NCBI GenBank assembly: GCA_034660555.1
Contig: JAYEJL010000065.1
Coordinates: 1 to 14,591, forward strand
Length of the DNA stretch: 14,591 bases
Origin: Thermotogota bacterium
GTDB lineage: Bacteria > Thermotogota > Thermotogae > Petrotogales > Kosmotogaceae
Direction: 5' to 3'
Part shown: piece after piece, positions 1 to 7,134 of the stretch
Numbering within the stretch: the first letter of the stretch is position 1
Layout of the letters: each line of letters starts with the position of its first letter
Notes under the pieces: generated by a model
Seen by the model: only the letters and a program-made list of their open reading frames with translations
Database searches by the model: none
What the model was told of the DNA's origin: nothing
Program-made: the position numbers and the translations under genes

Positions 1-199
1 ATTTGGATGAGCAATAATGCATTTAAGCATGATATTTATTTATAAAAATGATTGTAGAGTTTTTGTTGGTTTTGTTCAGCACTTGTAGAAGATAAGAGAT
101 TCATATAAACTTGTATTGAAGGTGATTTAGTGTTACCATAATAATTATTTTAAAGCTTACCAAAAATGATTAAATTGAAGTGTGTAATTTACTATGAAC

Positions 200-228
200 T
201 TGAATTTCGAGAGCTTATTTTGTAAACT
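200..228 (+). promoter_or_regulatory. Putative sigma70-type promoter of the aminotransferase-dehydrogenase-ferredoxin operon
   Basis: TTGAAT (200-205), 17-nt spacer, TAAACT (223-228), about 60 nt upstream of the likely start codon. Motif match only, in AT-rich DNA. Confidence 0.5.
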
Positions 229-291
229 ATGTTAATTAATTCACATGAATAAGTGAACCCATATCATAATTATTAACAGGAGGTGTTTCAA

Positions 292-1434
292 TTGGCAAAA
301 TTGGTAAAAAAGAATTATTTGTTAGCGCCCGGACCAACACCCGTGCCAATAGATTTACTATTGGAGGGTGCACGAGATACAATACATCACAGGACTCCAC
401 AATTTGAAAAGATTATGGCAGAGGCTATTGATCTAACAAAATATGTGTTCCAGACAAAGAATGATGTTTTTCTTCTCACATCGTCAGGAACAGGAGCCAT
501 GGAAATGGCTGTTGCGAATATCGTTTCTCCCGGTGATAAAGTAATCGTTATTAATGGTGGTAAATTTGGAGAGCGCTGGCTTAAATTATGTAAATCTTAT
601 AAAGCGGAAATTATTTCAATTGATGTTGATTATGGTGACTATGTAACACCCGAAGAACTTGATGAGAAGCTCAATTCAAATCCTGATGCTGTAGCTGTTT
701 TCACTACTTTAAGCGAAACATCAACAGGCACGATAATGGATATTGAAGGATTAGCAAAAGTGGTAAAAAAACACGGCAAACTAATTGAAGTTGATGCGAT
801 AAGCGGACTAGTGGCTCAACCACTGAAGATGGATGAATGGGATCTTGATGTTGTAGTATCTGGTGCACAGAAAGGTTTTATGATACCTCCTGGACTGGCA
901 TTTATATCATTCAGTTCAGATGCCTGGAAGAAGGTAGAAACGTGTGAGGCTTCAAGATTTTATTTTGATGCTAGGGCATACAAGAAAAAAGCAGCTCCCT
1001 ACACACCTGCAGTTAATCTAATCTACCAGTTAAGAAAGGCTCTTCAAATGCTTAAAGAAGAAGGCATGGAAAATATATGGGAAAGGCACAGAATTCTTGG
1101 AGATGCAACGAGAGAGGGAGTCAAGGCTCTTGGACTGGAACTCTTTTCAAAGAAACCAGGTAATGTATTAACTGCGGTAAAGGTTCCAGAAAACGTGGAT
1201 GGCAAAAAGCTTGTCTCAATGATGAGAGATGATTTTGGTGTTACAATAGCAGGAGGACAGGCAGACATGAAGGGAAAAATATTTAGAGTCTCACACCTTG
1301 GATACCTGTCGAAGTTCGATGTGATTGTAGCACTTTCAGCAATAGAAATGGTACTTAAAAAACTTGGTTACAATGTTGAATATGGTAAAGCAGGGAAAGC
1401 TGCAGAAGAAGTTTTTGATAGGGAGGGAGTCTAA
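292..1434 (+). CDS. PLP-dependent class V aminotransferase (serine-pyruvate/alanine-glyoxylate aminotransferase family), 380 aa
   Basis: Motifs [37 protein letters not shown] (PLP lysine), PYTP, FRVSHLG. The track's GTG at 283 lies inside the SD AGGAGGTG (278-285); the in-frame TTG at 292 is 6 nt after it and is the more likely start. Confidence 0.93.
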   Translation: MAKLVKKNYLLAPGPTPVPIDLLLEGARDTIHHRTPQFEKIMAEAIDLTKYVFQTKNDVFLLTSSGTGAMEMAVANIVSPGDKVIVINGGKFGERWLKLCKSYKAEIISIDVDYGDYVTPEELDEKLNSNPDAVAVFTTLSETSTGTIMDIEGLAKVVKKHGKLIEVDAISGLVAQPLKMDEWDLDVVVSGAQKGFMIPPGLAFISFSSDAWKKVETCEASRFYFDARAYKKKAAPYTPAVNLIYQLRKALQMLKEEGMENIWERHRILGDATREGVKALGLELFSKKPGNVLTAVKVPENVDGKKLVSMMRDDFGVTIAGGQADMKGKIFRVSHLGYLSKFDVIVALSAIEMVLKKLGYNVEYGKAGKAAEEVFDREGV

Positions 1435-2354
1435 TGTATAGACTTCACGCAAATGACCCACTTGCAGATGACGCAATGAAACTTCTTGAAGATTCTGAAA
1501 TTTTTGAGATATCAAAAGGACATTATGATAAAGAAGAATTAAAAGAAAACCTTGATGGTATAGAATTTCTTGTTGTAAGAAGTGCAACTAAGGTCACAGC
1601 TGACGTTCTGTCAGCAGGTAAAGATCTTAAAGTCATTGGTCGTGCTGGAGTTGGTTTAGACAATGTTGATGTTGAAACAGCAAAAAAACTGGGCATTCAG
1701 GTTTATAATACTCCAGGAGCAAACGCAATTTCCGTAGCAGAATTGACCATGGGTTTACTCTTGTCTCTTGTCAGGCATATTCCGAGAGGAACATCCGGTT
1801 TGAAAGAGAATCTTTGGGAAAAGAAGAAGTTAAAGGGTAACGAAATATATGGAAAAACACTCGGTTTGATTGGCTTTGGAGCTATTGGTAAAGAAGTGGC
1901 AAAAAGAGCATTGGCTTTTGGAATGAAAGTTCTGGCCTACGATCCATATGTAAAGAAGACCGAGCTAGATGTTGAACTATACGATGATATGGAATCTATG
2001 CTGCCTAAAGTTGATGTACTAAGCTTACATGTTCCACTTAACAATGAAACAAAGCATATAATAAGTAAGCATGAGTTAGATCTGGCGAAAGATGGAGCTT
2101 TAGTTATTAATGCTGCTAGAGGTGGTGTGCTTGATGAACAGGCTTTATATGATGCAATTATATCCGAAAAAATAAAAGCTGCTGCGCTTGATGTTTTTGA
2201 GGTTGAACCACCCAATGATGAACTCCGAAGAAAATTACTTGGACTTGATAATGTTATCGCAACACCGCATATAGGAGCAAGTACAGTAGAAGGACAGGTA
2301 CGGGTAGGAGTCGAAATGGCAAAAAAACTTATTGAAGTTGGCAAAAAACTTTAA
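1434..2354 (+). CDS. D-isomer-specific 2-hydroxyacid dehydrogenase (SerA-like, no ACT domain; probably hydroxypyruvate reductase), 306 aa
   Basis: VRSATKV, RAGVGLDNVD, NTPGAN, Rossmann GLIGFGAIG, YDP, LHVP, NAARGG, LDVFEVEP, TPHIGAST. TAATG stop/start overlap with the aminotransferase. Confidence 0.92.
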   Translation: MYRLHANDPLADDAMKLLEDSEIFEISKGHYDKEELKENLDGIEFLVVRSATKVTADVLSAGKDLKVIGRAGVGLDNVDVETAKKLGIQVYNTPGANAISVAELTMGLLLSLVRHIPRGTSGLKENLWEKKKLKGNEIYGKTLGLIGFGAIGKEVAKRALAFGMKVLAYDPYVKKTELDVELYDDMESMLPKVDVLSLHVPLNNETKHIISKHELDLAKDGALVINAARGGVLDEQALYDAIISEKIKAAALDVFEVEPPNDELRRKLLGLDNVIATPHIGASTVEGQVRVGVEMAKKLIEVGKKL

Positions 2355-2564
<210 letters not shown>

Positions 2565-2589
2565 TAACAAGAATTTCACACGAATATCT

Positions 2590-2619
2590 AGGGGTGAACT
2601 GAAAGGTTCACCCCTTTTT
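2590..2619 (+). terminator. Rho-independent terminator after fdx
   Basis: Perfect 10-bp stem AGGGGTGAAC (2590-2599) / GTTCACCCCT (2606-2615), T-G-closed GAAA loop, T-run to 2619. Confidence 0.9.
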
Positions 2620-2644
2620 ATAGTGGCACACAGAATTTGTCTAT

Positions 2645-2672
2645 TTGATAGAAGTGAAAAATTTGCTATTAT
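2645..2672 (+). promoter_or_regulatory. Putative dnaA promoter
   Basis: TTGATA (2645-2650), 16-nt spacer, TGc-TATTAT extended -10 (2664-2672). It lies just after the fdx terminator, so dnaA needs its own promoter. Implies a leader of about 160 nt. Confidence 0.55.
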
Positions 2673-2808
2673 TATAAGCAGCTTCATTTACTTCTTATTT
2701 TTTACTAGCGGTCCTCGAAGGGTTATTTGCTTTTCTAAAAATGTTTATTAATGAGAAACACATAAAACGCTTTAAAAAATCCATTCTTGTTTTAATTAGG
2801 GAGGATAA

Positions 2809-2838
2809 ATGAATTTTAGTCACTCTTTCTGGAGGTAA
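2809..2838 (+). other. Candidate 9-codon upstream ORF (MNFSHSFWR) overlapping the dnaA SD
   Basis: AGGGAGG (2798-2804), then ATG at 2809. Its last codons TGG AGG TAA contain the dnaA SD GGAGGT. Translation is unproven and the SD spacing is short (4 nt). Confidence 0.3.
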
Positions 2839-2840
2839 AT

Positions 2841-4184
2841 GTGTCACATAAGATAATTACTATTCTGAAAAATAAAGTCTCAAAAAAAATATGGAATAAT
2901 TGGTTCACCACTTTTAGTATAAAGGAAATTAATGAAGAGAAAGCGATTTTTACAGTAGAGAATCTCTTCATTAAAGACTGGTTACAAACAAAGTATGGAT
3001 CATTGATTGCGAAATCAATAAAAGAAGCAACCGGAAAATCACTTGAATTCGAAATACGCTACGAAAAGGAAAGCGACCCTTCGGTAGAGCCAGAACCCCA
3101 CCAAAAAGGACCTCTAGTTAAGAGAAAACCTTTAATGATATCAAAGTTAAACCCTGAGTATACCTTTGAAAGCTTTGTATCTGGCACAGAAAACAGAGCA
3201 CTTTGTGCAGTATCAAGGCAAATTACAGAAATGCCTGGACGATACAATCCATTCTTCATTTACGGCGGTGTAGGACTTGGTAAAACACACATTTTACAGT
3301 CAATAGCTCACAAGGCAATGGAGGTTAACCCTGATTGCAGGGTTTTATACATTACCAGTGAACATTTTTTGAATGACATGATCGAATCAATAAAAAAAGG
3401 TTCTGTGAAAGATTTTCGTGAACTATATCGAAAAAAGGCAGATATGCTGTTAATTGATGATATTCAATTTCTTATTAGGAAAGATGGCGTACAAACAGAA
3501 CTTTTTCATACCTTCAATGAGTTGCACGATGCGGGTAAACAAATTGTTATTTGTTCAGACCGTAATCCAAATGAACTTGATGGTTTTCATGAAAGGATGA
3601 TTTCCAGATTCCAGATGGGCATGGTTATGGAAATTGCCGCTCCGGAAAGAGAAACAAGATATAAAATAGCTAAGAAACTTGCCAGAAGGGAATCGTATGA
3701 TTTGTCTGATGATATTACAACAATGCTTGCTGAGAATATTAGAGGAAATATCAGACGTTTACGGGGAGCCATAATTAAGTTGATATTATACAGCAGTATT
3801 TACAATAAAGATTCGGATATATTGCTTGCTCAACAGGTTCTGGCTTCCTATGTTCCATCGGTAACAGTATCGAAGCGTAAAGATGAACTCGAAATGATAA
3901 TCAGTACCATAGAAAACCTGCTCGATGTCGAAAGAAAAAAGATCTTTGGAAAGAGCCGTGAAAAAAACGTTGTGCTTGCCAGACAGGTATTTATCTATGT
4001 ACTTAAGAACGAGTTTGGTAGGTCGATAACCGAGATTGGTAAGTTAATAAACAGGACCCATTCTACGGTGATTCATTCATTGAAAAAGATAAAAAAGTCG
4101 ATTTCTTCTAATGAAGATCCATCAGTATCTAATATTGTTAATACTGTTGTGGAGAATGTCATGGCTGCGTCGGCGGCCTCATAA
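2841..4184 (+). CDS. dnaA: Chromosomal replication initiator protein DnaA, 447 aa
   Basis: Domain I WNNWF...NLFIKDWL, LNPEYTFESFV, Walker A YGGVGLGKTH, Walker B LLIDDIQF, ELFHTFNELH, SDR, SRFQMG, NIRRLRGA, domain IV SR..ARQ..RTHSTV. GTG start with SD GGAGGT (2831-2836). Confidence 0.98.
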   Translation: MSHKIITILKNKVSKKIWNNWFTTFSIKEINEEKAIFTVENLFIKDWLQTKYGSLIAKSIKEATGKSLEFEIRYEKESDPSVEPEPHQKGPLVKRKPLMISKLNPEYTFESFVSGTENRALCAVSRQITEMPGRYNPFFIYGGVGLGKTHILQSIAHKAMEVNPDCRVLYITSEHFLNDMIESIKKGSVKDFRELYRKKADMLLIDDIQFLIRKDGVQTELFHTFNELHDAGKQIVICSDRNPNELDGFHERMISRFQMGMVMEIAAPERETRYKIAKKLARRESYDLSDDITTMLAENIRGNIRRLRGAIIKLILYSSIYNKDSDILLAQQVLASYVPSVTVSKRKDELEMIISTIENLLDVERKKIFGKSREKNVVLARQVFIYVLKNEFGRSITEIGKLINRTHSTVIHSLKKIKKSISSNEDPSVSNIVNTVVENVMAASAAS

Positions 4185-4187
4185 AGA

Positions 4188-5165
4188 TCAAAAGTTATAT
4201 TCATCCTTTTGTTTTCTTTTCATTAAATGATTTAAGCCCGTCGCAGGAGATTTGTTTTCATATAACACCCTATATAATTCTTCAGAAATAGGTAATTCGA
4301 TTTGTTTTTCTAGTGATATATTGTATATAGCTTTTGATGTTGGTACGCCTTCAGCAACGCACTTCATATTGTTCAATATATCGTTGATTTTGTAACCTTC
4401 AGCGAGTTTTTGGCCTACATAACGATTTCTACTATATTTGCCCGTGCATGTAACAACAAGATCGCCAACTCCCGCGAGCCCCATAAATGTCATTTTATCT
4501 GCATTGAATTTCATTCCAAGTTTCGTCATTTCAGCAACGGATCTGGTTATTAATGCTGCTTTTGTATTAAACCAGCCACCCATTCCGTCAATAATTCCAG
4601 CTGCAATGGCGAAAACATTCTTTTGAGCGCCAGCCAGTTCGGTACCTATAACGTCACTGGAGCTATAGACGCGGAAATAATCAACATTAAAAATATCCCT
4701 GACCATTCTAGCAGTCCCTATATTGTTTGAGGCAACTACTATACTGGTAGGAATACATTTTGCAACTTCTTCAGCATAACTTGGTCCGGATAAGACAGCA
4801 TATTTATACACGTTTTTTTCCATAAAAATTTCTGAAGGTCGTTTCAATGTTGATATTTCTATTCCCTTTGAAAGATTCACCACTATTTTGTTGAGAAGAT
4901 TTGTTTTTTGATAAACCTGCCTTATATATTGAACGGGTACTGCATTGAAAATTATTTTACAACTATCTATTACTTCAAAAATGTCCGAACTAAATCGAAT
5001 TCTTTCAGGAAAATGTAATCCTTCTATATAGTTACTCTGATGCGTCCTTTCAAGCAGAGATTTAACCTTTTCTCTTCTGACCCATAGTAGAACGTCATTT
5101 CCGCTATCGGAAAGAACTTTGGCTATTGCACTACCCCAGCTACCCGCACCTATTACTGCTATCAT
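4188..5165 (-). CDS. gpsA: NAD(P)H-dependent glycerol-3-phosphate dehydrogenase, 325 aa
   Basis: GAGSWG, LSKG, LSGPSYAEEV, FRVY, ELAGAQKNV, GVGDLVVTC, SRNR, AEGV. ATGA overlap with the trmB stop; SD-like AGGAGAGG upstream. Confidence 0.96.
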   Translation of the reverse strand: MIAVIGAGSWGSAIAKVLSDSGNDVLLWVRREKVKSLLERTHQSNYIEGLHFPERIRFSSDIFEVIDSCKIIFNAVPVQYIRQVYQKTNLLNKIVVNLSKGIEISTLKRPSEIFMEKNVYKYAVLSGPSYAEEVAKCIPTSIVVASNNIGTARMVRDIFNVDYFRVYSSSDVIGTELAGAQKNVFAIAAGIIDGMGGWFNTKAALITRSVAEMTKLGMKFNADKMTFMGLAGVGDLVVTCTGKYSRNRYVGQKLAEGYKINDILNNMKCVAEGVPTSKAIYNISLEKQIELPISEELYRVLYENKSPATGLNHLMKRKQKDEYNF

Positions 5166-6103
5166 TTTTGAACCTCTCCTAGATAAAAAACAGCCCTTTT
5201 AACAGAGGGTGTTCTAAAAGGCAGACCGTTGCTGTCCAGGGAGATTATCCAATTATTACTGTCTTTTTGTCGTATTTCTATGAAAAAACGTTGTTCAAAA
5301 TCATTGTCCACTGTTATGGTTTGAATAATATATTTATTTTTTTGTGTACTGTGAAATAATTCGACATATTTGAAGAAGATCGTGCCTTCGCCAAAAGTCT
5401 TCCCTATTACATTTTGCAATTGATCGTTATTGATTTTTTCAAGATGAACGTGAGGCATATCCTCACCTCCTGCTATTTTCAAAATGTCTTTGTTTTTTTC
5501 TTTGACTGCATAAAGGTGGTAAATATCCTTTCTTTGTTCTCTCCATTTTATCTCATATTTTGTGTTTATCGTGGGTGGGTTCAAATCAAGATTTATATGT
5601 GAAAAACAACCATTTTCTTTTAAACTAACTTCGAATTGTTTTATGAAATTGGCGTGGTCAGAGTATATGCTAATAAAACCATAACTTTTAAGTGCTGCCA
5701 CAAAACTCTCAATGAAGCTAGTATTATTGAGTCTTCTTTGGCGATGCCTTTTCTTTGGCCAGGGGCAGGGGAAGTTCATATAGATGCCATTAAGATTTTC
5801 ATCGAACAGTTCTCTAATGGCAAATTTTGCGTCACACATAATCACAATGATGTTATCTATACGCAGGTCTTTGATTTTTTTGAGTAATTTCGTTACCGAT
5901 GTTAACGACAGTTCTATACCTATGAATGCAGTTTCTGGATTTAACAGTGCTTTTTCTATTAGAAATTCTCCGTTACCAAAACCGATTTCAGAAAAAAACT
6001 GAGTTTGTTCCGGAAAGATCGTATGCAATTCTAACGGGATTTTTGTATATCTTGGATCAATGAAATACTTAATGTCCATTTTTTTTATATCAATAATTTT
6101 CAC
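5162..6103 (-). CDS. trmB: tRNA (guanine(46)-N7)-methyltransferase with ~100-aa C-terminal extension, 313 aa
   Basis: EIGFGNGEF, FIGIE, DAK, NFPCPWPKKRHRQRRL, SDH, TKYEIKW. Exact start uncertain (GTG 6103 or ATG 6079). Confidence 0.94.
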   Translation of the reverse strand: MKIIDIKKMDIKYFIDPRYTKIPLELHTIFPEQTQFFSEIGFGNGEFLIEKALLNPETAFIGIELSLTSVTKLLKKIKDLRIDNIIVIMCDAKFAIRELFDENLNGIYMNFPCPWPKKRHRQRRLNNTSFIESFVAALKSYGFISIYSDHANFIKQFEVSLKENGCFSHINLDLNPPTINTKYEIKWREQRKDIYHLYAVKEKNKDILKIAGGEDMPHVHLEKINNDQLQNVIGKTFGEGTIFFKYVELFHSTQKNKYIIQTITVDNDFEQRFFIEIRQKDSNNWIISLDSNGLPFRTPSVKRAVFYLGEVQK

Positions 6104-6182
6104 CTTCTTTACTAATATGTTGGAATCAATTACATGTTAGACGTCAAAATCGGATTTTTGTAGTTTATAAATGCATTACAAG

Positions 6183-6215
6183 TGTTATAATACTGATAAA
6201 TTCACTTTGTTTCAA
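6183..6215. promoter_or_regulatory. Putative bidirectional promoter between trmB and hpt
   Basis: Plus strand: TGt-TATAAT perfect extended -10 (6183-6191). Minus strand: TTGAAA (6215-6210), 17 nt, TATTAT (6192-6187). Confidence 0.6.
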
Positions 6216-6293
6216 GATCTTCAATTAATTTATTCACCATTTATTTCATTTTGATTCAAGCATATGAGTTTTGCGAAAAAGAGGTGTTAGAGA

Positions 6294-6830
6294 GTGATAG
6301 AACTATCAAAACTCAAGATACTTTATTCGGAAGAAGAGATTGACAAAATAATAAACAAACTTGCAGACAAAATAACAAGCTTCTATAAGCCTATTACTGA
6401 CGAAATAATGGCAATATGTATTTTAAAGGGTTCGATACATTTTTACAGTGACCTTCTAAAAAGACTCGATATGAATATTAGGTATAATTTCGTTCATGTA
6501 TCGAGTTATGCTGGCGTAAGAAGTACAGGTAAGATTAGAGTTAAGACCTGGGTAGACGAATCGCTGACAGGTAGACATGTTCTTCTGGTGGAAGACATAG
6601 TGGATACCGGGAATACATTGCGATACATAATGAACTATATCTGGAAGCAAAAACCTGCGACTGTAAAATTGGTTTCATTGTTTGAAAAAACCGTTCATGA
6701 CCATGGAGTCAATATTGATTTTGTAGGCGAAAAAATTGGAGATAAGTTCATAATTGGTTACGGTCTTGATTATGATGAACTTTACAGAAACCTGCCATTT
6801 GTAGGATATGTCGAAGCTGAAGAGAAATAA
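6294..6830 (+). CDS. hpt: Hypoxanthine phosphoribosyltransferase, 178 aa
   Basis: ILKGS, VSSY, PRPP motif LLVEDIVDTGNT, FIIGYGLDYDELYRNLP; SD GAGGTG (6281-6286) 7 nt before GTG. Confidence 0.96.
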   Translation: MIELSKLKILYSEEEIDKIINKLADKITSFYKPITDEIMAICILKGSIHFYSDLLKRLDMNIRYNFVHVSSYAGVRSTGKIRVKTWVDESLTGRHVLLVEDIVDTGNTLRYIMNYIWKQKPATVKLVSLFEKTVHDHGVNIDFVGEKIGDKFIIGYGLDYDELYRNLPFVGYVEAEEK

Positions 6831-7134
6831 AGGAACAGGAGTCTTATTGGTGACTGTCACCCTGATAATAGCCATTTCTACTGTTATATCCTTTCACATG
6901 ATTTCAGTGATTTCACAGACAAATAGAATTGCTGAATCCTTTTTGAATGCTGCTATAAAAAGAGCTACTGTCGTCTCAGCGGAAAAAATTTTGGAATTTT
7001 CTATAGAAAATGAAATTAACGTTGAAACTGAACTTAATGGATACCTTTTGAAGTCATTTAAGGAGAATGGAATCTGGTATGTTTCATTGGAAGGTCACGG
7101 GATCCATGAAAAGATTACCAGGAGGCAGCAATAA
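6808..7134 (+). CDS. Small membrane-anchored hypothetical protein, possible PilX/ComGG-like minor pseudopilin, 108 aa
   Basis: Fills the hpt-recG gap exactly. Basic N-terminus KLKRNKG followed by ~25 largely hydrophobic residues. Start could instead be TTG 6847 or GTG 6850 after AGGAG (6837-6841). The CDS is likely; the product call is tentative. Confidence 0.65.
   Translation: MSKLKRNKGTGVLLVTVTLIIAISTVISFHMISVISQTNRIAESFLNAAIKRATVVSAEKILEFSIENEINVETELNGYLLKSFKENGIWYVSLEGHGIHEKITRRQQ

Noticed and set aside
1..30. Possible start of a divergent minus-strand ORF (MLKCIIAHPN...) running off the left edge
   Set aside because: Only 10 codons visible, no SD, no recognisable motif.
283..291. GTG start given by the ORF track for the aminotransferase
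   Set aside because: The GTG is part of the SD AGGAGGTG; TTG 292 has proper spacing.
1044..2344. Minus-strand ORFs 1044-1268, 1336-1587 and 1937-2344
   Set aside because: Antisense shadows of well-supported genes; no recognisable motifs.
2565..2840. oriC upstream of dnaA
   Set aside because: No clustered DnaA boxes of either type; AATTTCACA (2572-2580) is a single two-mismatch hit. The gap is explained by terminator, promoter and leader.
3059..6002. Short opposite-strand ORFs inside dnaA, gpsA and trmB
   Set aside because: Fully nested antisense to conserved genes, with no independent support.
6230..6238. TTATTCACC, a DnaA-box-like 9-mer in the trmB-hpt gap
   Set aside because: Single one-mismatch copy in AT-rich DNA; expected by chance.
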